From NCBI RefSeq assembly GCF_001194135.2, contig NC_068991.1, positions 80,493,228 through 80,537,300 of the forward strand: a stretch of DNA of 44,073 nucleotides, read 5' to 3'. Source of the DNA: Octopus bimaculoides. Taxonomy: Eukaryota. Shown in pieces: positions 33,845-44,073 of the stretch (within the stretch, counting starts at the first letter, position 1; the number at the start of each line of letters is the position of its first letter). The notes beneath the pieces were generated by a model that saw only the letters and a program-made list of their open reading frames with translations, had not been told where the DNA came from and ran no database searches. A program made the position numbers and the translations under genes.

Positions 33845-35150
33845 TGGCTTACCTTCCTCACCAGGCTGCCGCGCCCATCGGGACGGGACGCGGAGTGCTG
33901 TGAAGGGCCTATCACGCCTGGGGCGGTAATTGAGGCTATGGTAGACTGCAGCGCGGGTAAGGCGCCAGGACTGGATGTTCTGCCCTACGAGTTGTATAAG
34001 AGTATGCCAGACTTGTTCGGGCACCTGCTGGCGAATGTCTACGCGAACTGGCAGCAGAACGGGTCTATTCCCAGATAGCCTGATTCGTGGTTGATCAAGC
34101 TGGAAAGACAGCTCTTCCACTTTTAGCGGAAGGGCTCGAAACCGCTTGTGAGACGCTCTATTTGCTGTCAACAACCGTTGAAGGGTGGGCTAGGGATGCC
34201 TTGGCTGTTGATGCGCTGAGGTTGAGGCATCTGTGGCGCTACCTGGATGGTGAACGGGTGTGGTCTCCGCTGGCGAAACAGATGTTTCCCAAGTTCACTA
34301 GTTTCGGTGGACGGGAATCCTGGTTCTATCGAAGATCAAAGTTGGGTACATGGTTTACGGAGTGTCGCAAGGCTCTCCTACTATTCTGTCGCTCGGGCAA
34401 TGTCTGCGGTGGAGATTTCACCGCATTCTTTTATAGAGGGCTTGTAGAGGCGGAATGTGACGATGCCTTAGGGGAAACCCTAGGTCTCGACAATAATCAG
34501 CTGGCTAGTCTCTTCCGACGTACATTCGATCCGAAGACCCTGGACAACTTTCAGAAGTCTGTGGCATGGCAGTGTTACCGAGGAGCCTTACCTGTTCGGG
34601 ACAAGCTCACAAGGCATGGTGGCCACGGCGTCTTCGACCTGTCCAAGATGTGAGCGGGATAGGGAAACCGTCCCGCACACCATTGTTCAGTGTTCGGAGG
34701 TGTCGGACGTGTGGGTTTATGTTGAAAAACTGTTGTCAAGTACAGGAAGAGTACAGCTGTCAACTGAGTCTATATTAAAAATTGACCCGCCTGATTTCCT
34801 TTCGAAAGAAGGTAAGAATTGTTTTCTCATTGTAGTAGCAATTACGAGAGAGGTAATTTGGAGAACGAGGCTGAAAGGGTTAAAGTCAGGTATTTTCATC
34901 TCTGGCCCTGAATTGGTAAATTACTTCACCTTTCAACTTAAAAGGAAAATAGGGCGAGAGAGAAAATGCCTGTCTGTGAAAATGTTTGAAAATCGATGGA
35001 AGAATGTAGAACGGATGTTGCGAGTGAACGTAACCTCTTATACGCGACACAAGATCTATCTCAGGTATCAGTAGCGAGGCGGGGCTCGTGCGGTCCGAAT
35101 TAAACCCGCCCTCACTCCACCCGCAATGTCTTTCAGTCTGTCTTATCATT
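33845..35150 (+). mobile_element. Tx1/L1-like LINE ORF2 relic (EN-RT linker joined to post-RT region and zf-RVT)
   Basis: EGPIT...GKAPGLDVLPYELY...NGSIPR jumps to ...KGGLGMP...LRLRHL... and then CPRCERDRETVPHTIVQC (C-x2-C-x8-H-x4-C). Stops and frameshifts are present and the RT core is missing. Confidence 0.9.
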
Positions 35151-35279
35151 CGATTTTAAATTTTCTTACTTTTATTAAATTTTTAATGCCGTTATTTTTT
35201 TGTATATTTTTTGTGTATTTTTTTGTATATTTTTTTGTATAATCATTCGTTCATCTGACCCCAAGGTCAGGTTGTACTG

Positions 35280-35520
35280 TTCCCTCTATGTAGGAACAAA
35301 CAGGATAATAGAAGAGTTACCAGAGACAATAGTGTTTGGTAACACAACAATGGTAGTCAGAGTAGACGGCAGGGTACCCAGGCGCTACAAATGTGGCCAG
35401 AAAGGCCACATTAGAGCAAACTGCTCTCCAGAAAGGGAAAAAAAGGAAGAACCGGTAAAAGAAAAGGAGAAAATAATACCTCCACCAGCAGAAACAGAAG
35501 AAGAAACGAGGACAAATTAA
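35280..35520 (+). mobile_element. LINE ORF1 fragment with a degenerate CCHC zinc knuckle
   Basis: VRVDGRVPRRYKCGQKGHIRANC; the first Cys codon appears as CGC (35383-35385). Confidence 0.7.
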
Positions 35521-36481
35521 ATTAAGCTGTACATGTAACATCTCCTCCCTGTGCCTGTGAAATCTTGTACCCCTGCCATTAGGATTTTAATTCGTCCTTA
35601 GTTGAAAGACACCTGTTGTTATGTCCTGTTATTTGTATTTGTGTAACATTTTCCGTCTTTTTTTTTTTCAGTTCTTGTTTTTGTATACATTCGCTGCTTT
35701 CTTCCAAGGAATCTAATGCTCTTAGCTTAGTTTTTCCTTGGGGCTGGCCAGATTGGAGCAATCTCGAGTATAACCAGCTGAAATTGCAAAGATAATCTGA
35801 AACTCGACTGAGGAAAGAAAAACTCCGAATAACCCGTCCTTGTTTTCTTTGTATCGTCTATCTGGATGTTTTGTTGTCCCCTTTTTTGTATCACCTAACT
35901 GTCTGGATGTTTTGCGTTCTTGTCCCATTTTGTATTATATATATATATACCTATTTCTCCTTCATTGGACACTAAACCCCGCTTGCGAAGACCTGTTGAG
36001 GCAAGTGAAATCGAAATCGAACTAAATTTGACGACTGGCACCCATGCCAACATNNNNNNNNNNNNNNNNNNNNNNNNNNNNNNNNNNNNNNNNNNNNNNN
36101 NNNNNNNNNNNNNNNNNNNNNNNNNNNNNNNNNNNNNNNNNNNNNNNNNNNNNNNNNNNNNNNNNNNNNNNNNNNNNNNNNNNNNNNNNNNNNNNNNNNN
36201 NNNNNNNNNNNNNNNNNNNNNNNNNNNNNNNNNNNNNNNNNNNNNNNNNNNNNNNNNNNNNNNNNNNNNNNNNNNNNNNNNNNNNNNNNNNNNNNNNNNN
36301 NNNNNNNNNNNNNNNNNNNNNNNNNNNNNNNNNNNNNNNNNNNNNNNNNNNNNNNNNNNNNNNNNNNNNNNNNNNNNNNNNNNNNNNNNNNNNNNNNNNN
36401 NNNNNNNNNNNNNNNNNNNNNNNNNNNNNNNNNNNNNNNNNNNNNNNNNNNNNNNNNNNNNNNNNNNNNNNNNNNNNNNNN

Positions 36482-36524
<43 letters not shown>

Positions 36525-36939
36525 ATATATAAATATACATAGATACACATTGTTTAGCAGTTAGGTATATATACCCCCATACACATTTATGTTTCAAGTT
36601 GTTGGCTACAGCTTTGTGCTTGATAAGCTGAAATTTTGCAAAATCATCAAATCTTTTGGAAAGGAAGGTCACACAAATTCTGTGACTTTCTGATATTTTC
36701 TAAAATAAACAAATACAAAACTAAGAATATATTACATAGCTGCAAGCATTGCAACAGCGATAAAGGGAAAAAATCACTGATTGCAAAAATGATTTATTTA
36801 GAGTAATTCTGTAAATTTGGCCAGGTTTTTGAAAGGGAAAAGAAAATGGCATGTTTTTCTCAGAAAATAAAAAAAATTGTAAGATTAAAATTCTAAAGTT
36901 GCTTATATATTTATTTGTGTTTTACATATGTGCATGTGG

Positions 36940-37062
36940 TAGGTGCGCGTGTGTGTGTGTGTGTGTTGTGTAAGTGCACTTGTGTGTTGGATGTGTTCAC
37001 GTGTGTGTTTGTGAGTGCATGTGTGTGTGTGTGTGTGTTGCATGTGTATCTATATGTACGTG

Positions 37063-37118
<56 letters not shown>

Positions 37119-37128
37119 NNNNNNNNNN

Positions 37129-37183
<55 letters not shown>

Positions 37184-37185
37184 AT
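36940..37185. repeat. (TG)n microsatellite
   Basis: Directly visible, with a short internal gap. Confidence 0.95.
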
Positions 37186-38268
37186 GCATATGAAATGCAG
37201 CTTCAATTATCTACTGAATTGGTTCAATGTGAATGTTCTATTACTGTTTAGCTCCAGATTAGTCCTGTCTCCCCTGGCTTTCTCCTCAAAAGCATTCCCA
37301 CTGCAACCATCCAGTCTTGTATATCAAGGACTAATTTTTCCAATGTTTCCTTGCCATTTTTTTAAGACAGTAGAAAGATGAGATTTAAAGGAACTTGCTA
37401 TCTATTTTTAGCGGGTCAAGCAACTACAGAGTGGTTCTGTCGTTTCCCACAGATTGTCGAATATCATATTTGGCAGCAACGATACTAAGTAGTTGTTACT
37501 GTGACTTGCTCAGGGTTTAGCTGAAATCAGCCTCGTAGAAAGCCATATTATTCCAATTGCAAGTGTTTTCTGTGCTATGACATGTTTGACTTCACTAATA
37601 TTGTGGATATATATATATATATATATATATACAGATACACAATGGAAGCCATCTGCACAATCTAACAGTGTCCAGCAGTGTATTGTGCACATTGGTGGTT
37701 GGTGAGAGTTGAGTTGGACACCAGGAGCTGGTGGGTTGTCAGAAGTTGTGAGAGTGATGCATGACCATAGGGTGTTGCTTGAATGATTGCAAGACACTTA
37801 AAATAAAGAGCGTAGTGTGATGTATAACAACAATAATACCCAGAAGTAAATTGCCAGTTTGGTGGTCATTGTCTGGTTATTTTGCTCAATGATGGTCACT
37901 AGTACTCTGCTGGTTCACCAACCAATTTTGTCTTATAACAGGGTCTTAACATGCGACCACCAGGCACTACTCAATCATGTGGACAGGGCTTTGGGACATA
38001 TAAAAAATTTTATCCAAGAATTACATTTCCAAACATGATACATTGTCTGCTGCAAAATAAGGCAATTGGGGTAGGTTCATGGATCGGTTTCTACAACTGG
38101 GAATTGAGAAAAAATTTTTTAAATAGGGAAAAGCAATCCACTTAAACAATGGAATAACTGTCACTGTTCAACCCTAGAGACCTGATTGAGTAGACCAAAG
38201 ATCAAACCCAGCAGTGACCATCTCATTTTAGAGCGATGAAGGACTGTATTTATATTTGGCTAATTTAA

Positions 38269-38489
38269 CCTTTTAGCATTCTCATTAATCAGTCAAATGT
38301 AATAACTTATTTATTCACATTGTTTTTAATTATTCCTGTATTATCTCATAGCTTTGAGAATTTTGATAGTGTGTAGGTTTCTTTTTAGAGTGACATTGTA
38401 GGGTAGGTATGAGAAGCTGGATCTAACTTCTATTAACATAATCAAATCGAATATTTGGATTAACCATGGCTTGTTTAAATGCTAAAGGG
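38269..38489. mobile_element. piggyBac-type MITE (221 bp)
   Basis: TTAA on both sides (38265-38268 and 38490-38493); TIRs CCTTTTAGCATT and AATGCTAAAGGG (1 mismatch). Confidence 0.85.
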
Positions 38490-39529
38490 TTAAGTCAGTA
38501 GGATGTGATTTAAGGAAGATTTGGCTGCTCTTTCAAGTTGGCCAGAAAAATTGTAGAACAGATTGAGGATTGGAATAAAGATCATAAATTGGTCTTGTCT
38601 TTGTTGTATCGAATGTAAATGGTTTTACTACTTGCCTTTATCTAAAACACCCAAGACTTGATAAACAATTGATTTCACTTACATATAATTAATTTAATAT
38701 AGATAATTACCCAAGTGGTTTCTCTTTTCTGTTTATGGCTTGCAGCTTTATAAAATCTTATTAAAAACTTTCTTATTAATCTTATTATTGTTAACGTTAT
38801 TTTGCTGTTTAATTCTCCCTCCCTNNNNNNNNNNNNNNNNNNNNNNNNNNNNNNNNNNNNNNNNNNNNNNNNNNNNNNNNNNNNNNNNNNNNNNNNNNNN
38901 NNNNNNNNNNNNNNNNNNNNNNNNNNNNNNNNNNNNNNNNNNNNNNNNNNNNNNNNNNNNNNNNNNNNNNNNNNNNNNNNNNNNNNNNNNNNNNNNNNNN
39001 NNNNNNNNNNNNNNNNNNNNNNNNNNNNNNNNNNNNNNNNNCCCCCTCTCTCTCTCAATCCCTCACTCTCTCTCTGTAAGTGTGTTTTTTTTTTACTAAA
39101 ACCATTGATTTACAGCTGTTCAAGAAGCATGTTAACCACATTGATCTCATTGGTCTCAGAGGGTTTGTAAAGGCCTTGAATATAGCAGCTTCTTTTGGGC
39201 TAGACTAATAAAAAAACTGATATAATTAAACAGCACTTCAACTCTGTGTGAGTATATGTGTGTATATGTGTGTGTGAGTATATGTGTGTATATGTGTGTG
39301 TGTGCAAAGGAGGTGTGTGAATCTGTGACTCTTATGCACCTTTCTCGTACCTTATATGTAAAATACAACAATTAGCCATTATTTTTGACAGCATGGGGCC
39401 AGCTATAATATAACAATTGTTACTTATATGTTATATATTTATTTATATTTTATAAATATATATAAATAAATATAAATATATAAATATAGACATATACATA
39501 TATATGTATACATATATATGTATGTATAT

Positions 39530-39563
<34 letters not shown>

Positions 39564-39711
39564 ATATATATANNNNNNNNNNNNNNNNNNNNNNNNNNNN
39601 NNNNNNNNNNNNNNNNNNNNNNNNNNNNNNNATATGTATATTTCTTTATTCTAACTCATTTTGCACTTTATAAAGTATGTATAAATCGTTTTTTGCTATT
39701 TTTGTTTAGAG

Positions 39712-39968
39712 ATGGATAAGTCGGAAATTCGTACAGTTTTAAAATATGAGTTCTTTCTTGGAAATACTGCATCACAGACAGCTCAAAATATTAATAAAGT
39801 ATTTCATGCTAATGTTATTACACAACAGACAGTAGCAAATTGGTTTGCAAAATTTTGTTCTGGTAACTTTGACCTCACAAATGAGCAATGCAGTTGACCA
39901 GAAACAAAGGTGATTAGTGACGAACTGAAAGTCACCATTGAGTCAGATCCATCTCAAAGTGCCCATGA
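39712..39968 (+). mobile_element. mariner transposase N-terminal HTH relic
   Basis: MDKSEIRTVLKYEFFLGNTASQTAQNINKVF...TVANWFAKFCSGNFDLTNEQCS*PETKV...ESDPSQS matches the mariner HTH consensus (YEF...A..INxxF...WFxKFRSGxFDL). Confidence 0.9.
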
Positions 39969-39970
39969 TA

Positions 39971-41034
39971 TGAAAAGGGCCAACCCACCTGAGATTGCCC
40001 GCGATATGAAAAGGCCCATAGCAGATGTCCAAGATGTCACTAGTGGAACTGAACCTGGAACCACATAGTTGTGAAGCAAACCCCTCTCAACTACACAGTC
40101 ATGTTTGCACCTAAAGCCTTGCCTGTACTGCCTACAGTCATTTTCTGTAAGATTATATAAATAATCCAGCTCTGAAATCATTTCAGATTTAAAACATCCT
40201 AGAAAGATTGTAATGTCTAGAGAGATGTCTGAAAGCAGTTGGATTACAATTTCACTCTATTTGCTTCTCATTTGTTGGTATTTTGAACCAGAAGCAAAAA
40301 CTATATTCCTGAGATCTGTCTTTCTTCATAATCGTCATTACCAATGGCCTGATCCTCACCATAACTTTACACTCAGCTAATGCCTGAATGGCCGATGGTA
40401 ATAAGAATGCTCAGGTGTGGAAACCATACTAGAAATAAAAAAGAGGAAACGAATGCAATTGATGCAGACTCCGTAAATTACAATCTACAGTCAACCTGTC
40501 TGCGAGAAGAGTAACTTTGAGTAAAACCATTAATAAAGAGCAGCGTTGAGTCACGTTGTTGCAGGTAAACAACTCTAATGCTGGTAGCATGATGACATGC
40601 ATCAGTGCCCTCTGTAAACTGTTTGTCATAGGAAAGGAATCATCATCACCATTATCATCATCATTTTAACATCCATTTTCCCATGCTTACACAGGTTAGG
40701 CTGAATTCTGTTATGCCTATGGCTGGAGGCCTTTCCTGTCACCGACCTGTTTTCAAGTAAGATATTTCTTCATGACTGGACATGATTTTTGCAGAAAACT
40801 GAGAAGGGGACACCATAGTAATGTTCATAGGAAAAATATCCAAACTATAAAAGACAAACAAAAAACATGTTACACAACAAAAATGGACAGTTTTCTTTGA
40901 TTCAATGTTTGCCAGTTCTGTATTTCACATGAAAACATCCTTGCTTATTACCCTGATCTTTGTTTTCCTATTTAATTTCCCCTTTAAATATCAGCTTTGA
41001 TCTTGGGCAATCTCAGGTGGGTTGGCCCTTTTCA
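39971..41034. mobile_element. Segment bounded by a perfect 30-bp inverted repeat
   Basis: TGAAAAGGGCCAACCCACCTGAGATTGCCC (39971-40000) and its exact reverse complement (41005-41034). The TSD is not resolved. Confidence 0.6.
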
Positions 41035-41035
41035 A

Positions 41036-41234
41036 CCCTTTTGAGACTGGCCGTGGCTCTATGATATAAACTTGCTGCATTTTAGTGATCTAAATTAAAA
41101 CCTTCCATCAAAATATCATGTTAATTAATTTTCCAGTTTAATCATGACAAAGTTATTTTCTAAATTCTTCCTTATTTTCAACATTAATTGAAGCAAAGGC
41201 TTTGTATTTCAACAGAAATACGGTTTCAAATATG
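41036..41234. mobile_element. Degenerate piggyBac-type MITE
   Basis: TCAA-CCCTTT... at the left and ...ATATG-TTAA at the right. It resembles a TTAA-flanked family recalled from octopus DNA, but the TIRs are poorly conserved. Confidence 0.4.
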
Positions 41235-41254
41235 TTAAGATATTTTCTTTCAAA

Positions 41255-42205
41255 TGTCACTTGGCATTTTCCAGCATTAAACTGCATATTATTGTCCTCA
41301 GCCCAGGTTTTCAGGTTTGCAACATCGCTAGGGCTTTGTATTTTCTGTAAAACTTTCATATCATCTGTGTAGCTAGCAAGGGTGGTTATCCTGGCAGCTG
41401 AGGGCATATCTGAGACGGCCACGATGAAAAGCAGTGGTCCCAAGTTAGTGCCCTGTGGAACACCACTCACTATTTGTGTTTTCTTTGAAGTGGCTCCATT
41501 GGCCACAACTGCCTGACTTCCATCTTTCAGAAAGTCATGTAATCACTCGCCAAGTCTTCCAGCTATGCCGATATCACCCAGTTTGTGGCATATCATACCA
41601 TGATCAACTATATCGAAAGCTTTTGCAAATTCAAGATATATTACATCCACACTTGAGTTGTTGAGTAACTGCCTCAACACCCAGTCATAGTGTTGTAAGA
41701 GCTGGGTTAGACAGTTCCTACCTGGGCACAAACCATGCTGGGTATCACTCAAGTTGTTTTCTTCGAGGAATGCAATTAGTTTCCCTCTGACTATTCGTTC
41801 CTTGATTTTGCTGATGTGTGAAGTCAGAGAGAGAGGCTTATAGCTTTTGGCATCTGCTCTGCTTCCTCCTTTATGGGTTGGTCATTTTATTCCCTCCTTT
41901 AGTTTGCTTGGCAGCCTGCCATTTGTAAGAAAACTCTGGAAGAAAATTTATAGTGGTTTTGCCAGGGCACATTTACACGATTTGAGGAGGATTTCTGGGA
42001 AACCATCAGGACCAGCAGTTGAGTTTGTGTCCACCTCATCTATGGCTAGTATTGTCTTCTTCACCAACGTCAATGTGATCCATGGTAACTGCCTCGCTGG
42101 TTACAGGTGAGGCAGCAAAGAAATCCACTGGTTCGTTCACTTGTCTGTGTTCCATTGGGGTGGTAAAGACACTTTTGAACTGGTCATTCAGTACCTCACT
42201 GATAC
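41255..42205 (-). mobile_element. Non-LTR retrotransposon RT fragment (CR1/L2-like)
   Basis: EVLNDQFKSVFT...GPDGFP...YKPLSLTSHISK...QHGLCPGRNCLTQLL...DVIYLEFAKAFD...GE*LHDFL...GVPQGTNLGPLLF...YTDD...NMQFNAGKC, with stops, frameshifts and a small deletion. Confidence 0.93.
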
Positions 42206-42219
42206 ACATATATATATAT

Positions 42220-42408
42220 GCATGTACCGGTGGCACATAAAAGCACCCACTACACTCTCGGAGTGGTTGGCATTAGGAAGGGCATCCAGCTGTAGAAACT
42301 CTGCCAAATCAGATTGGAGCCTGGTGTAACCATCTGGTTCACCAGTCCACAGTCAAATCGTCCAACCCATGCCAGCATGGAAAGCGGACGTTAAACGATG
42401 ATGATGAT
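42220..42408 (+). mobile_element. 3' half of a (GAT)n-tailed SINE, well conserved
   Basis: GGAGTGGTTGGCATTAGGAAGGGCATCCAGCTGTAGAAAC...CCAACCCATGCCAGCATGGAAAGCGGACGTTAAAC(GAT)n. Confidence 0.9.
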
Positions 42409-42553
42409 GTTTGTGTGTGTAGTAAGCTAATATATCTTTTTGCATTTCTGTTCCTGTTTCCTTTTCTCCTTGGTTTCCATTCAGTTTTTTTTATACATGT
42501 ACATGTATAGAGTGTGTATACATATGTATAAATATACATATAAATAAACAGAT

Positions 42554-42617
<64 letters not shown>

Positions 42618-42627
42618 NNNNNNNNNN

Positions 42628-42683
<56 letters not shown>

Positions 42684-43816
42684 ACAAGCAACTATATAAA
42701 TATATATTATACAAACACACATGCACACATATACATACATACAAATGTTTTTTCACACACACACACACACATGTCAGTATGCTGAAGGCAATTGAAGAAT
42801 TGATTAATTGCAACACAGTTATTAATAAGAGATGAGATTAGTTGTTGGAGCAACAATATTTATTTCTTATTGCTAGCAAATAGCACTTATAAATACAGTA
42901 TAATGGTGTTTATTACTGTAATAAAATATGACAAAAGAGACTACATATCTATATTTTTATGGCTTCATGAGAAGGAAGAACAGCAATGTCAGTGACTTTT
43001 TCCATGGCCTCAGAGACTAGTAGTAAGCAGGGTCAAAAATTATTCTTAGCCAGTCAATCCATCCTGAATGCTTACAATGCAATGAATTCTGCAGAAAGCA
43101 TTCATAAGCCTGTCTGTAGAGTTAAACCAAGTAGGATATAATACTCAAGATCAGAGTCTTCAGTGCAATTCTCTCTACACAATTTCACCCTGGGGTTAAC
43201 CTGATGCTATGCCACACAATAAGACTGAATCCAAAACCATATGTTTGTAAAATGAACTGCATGGTCATGCCTAGATAATATGTTAATATAATTGGCAGTG
43301 TATCTCAATTTGTCTCTTTGTTTGTCCCTCTACCTACAAAAGGTAATAATTCTGAGTTTATTGGATTTGTCTCCCTTAATTGCTATAGACTAATGTCTAG
43401 AGAATGCTTATGCCACTGTTGATGGTATTAGGTAATGTTAGATCTATAATTAATTGATAGATAAACAGTATTATTGCTATTAATAGCACAGTCATTACAA
43501 AAATACAAAAATACGAAAGACAAATTTTCTTTTAAGATCCATTTTTTAAAATTTTATTTTGATTTAATAGATATTTTTTTAAAGTTAACCTTCATCCCAT
43601 TATTTTTGATGAGCATTGTGAAATTTAAAACAAAAGTCATAATTATTGCATTTACATAACATTTGTGCATATTAGTCGGAGTAGCAAGGTTATTTTTAAG
43701 GCTTTGTCACAGGAAGGATAGCAATGCCAGAAAAAACATTTTCCATGGCTTCGGAGGCTGCTTGCAGGAGGAAAAGAAATTGTTTTCAACTTGTCATTCC
43801 AATAAGAATCTATCAC

Positions 43817-44073
43817 ATGATGAGTAATGCTCACATGTGAGTAATGCTCACATGATGAGTAATGCTAGCATGATGAGTAATGCTCACATGATGAGTAATG
43901 CTCACATGATGAGTAATGCTCACATGATGAGTAATGCTCACATGATGAGTAATGCTCGCATGATGAGTAATGCTCACATGATGAGTAATGCTCACATGAT
44001 GAGTAATGCTCACATGATGAGTAATGCTCGCATGATGAGTAATGCTCCCAGGTGGAGTAATGCTCGCATGATG
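43817..44073. repeat. 18-bp minisatellite (ATGATGAGTAATGCTCAC)n
   Basis: 14 units plus a partial unit, with variants ending -CGC, -AGC or -CCC and one 17-bp unit. Runs off the right edge. Confidence 0.97.

Noticed and set aside
43817-44073. Tandem C/D-box snoRNA cluster (ATGATGA box C in every unit) or an MSITHHV repeat protein
   Set aside because: There is no CTGA box D or terminal stems, and the 17-bp unit breaks the reading frame.

Overview
Eukaryotic, AT-rich, microsatellite-dense draft-assembly DNA with many N gaps, mostly flanked by (TA)n, (GA)n or (CA)n. The SINE and MITE families look, from recall, like those of Octopus (coleoid cephalopod); the taxon is an inference. One host gene is supported: a minus-strand pancreatic-lipase-family gene with six phase-compatible exons (10024-9883, 9643-9478, 7163-6935, 5502-5248, 2054-1824, 652-547). 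It has an intact Ser-Asp-His triad, a 29-residue lid and the first exon of a PLAT domain. Its signal-peptide exon is uncertain and its 3' end probably lies left of the window. Everything else is decayed mobile DNA: CR1/L2-like, RTE-like, Tx1/L1-like and R4/Dong-like LINE pieces, a Penelope-like GIY-YIG fragment, hAT, mariner and maT transposase relics, several MITEs with TIRs and TSDs, SINEs and simple repeats. No tRNA, rRNA, CRISPR array or prokaryotic system was seen, and I found no convincing novel multi-gene system. The most unusual structures are a scrambled Tx1-like LINE with an 18-bp inverted junction duplication, a GGTTAACC hairpin array, long foldback elements, a permuted hammerhead-like motif and a candidate 5-nt poison microexon. 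Most ORFs in the supplied track are microsatellite or N-gap artefacts. Repeat boundaries are approximate unless a TIR or TSD is quoted.
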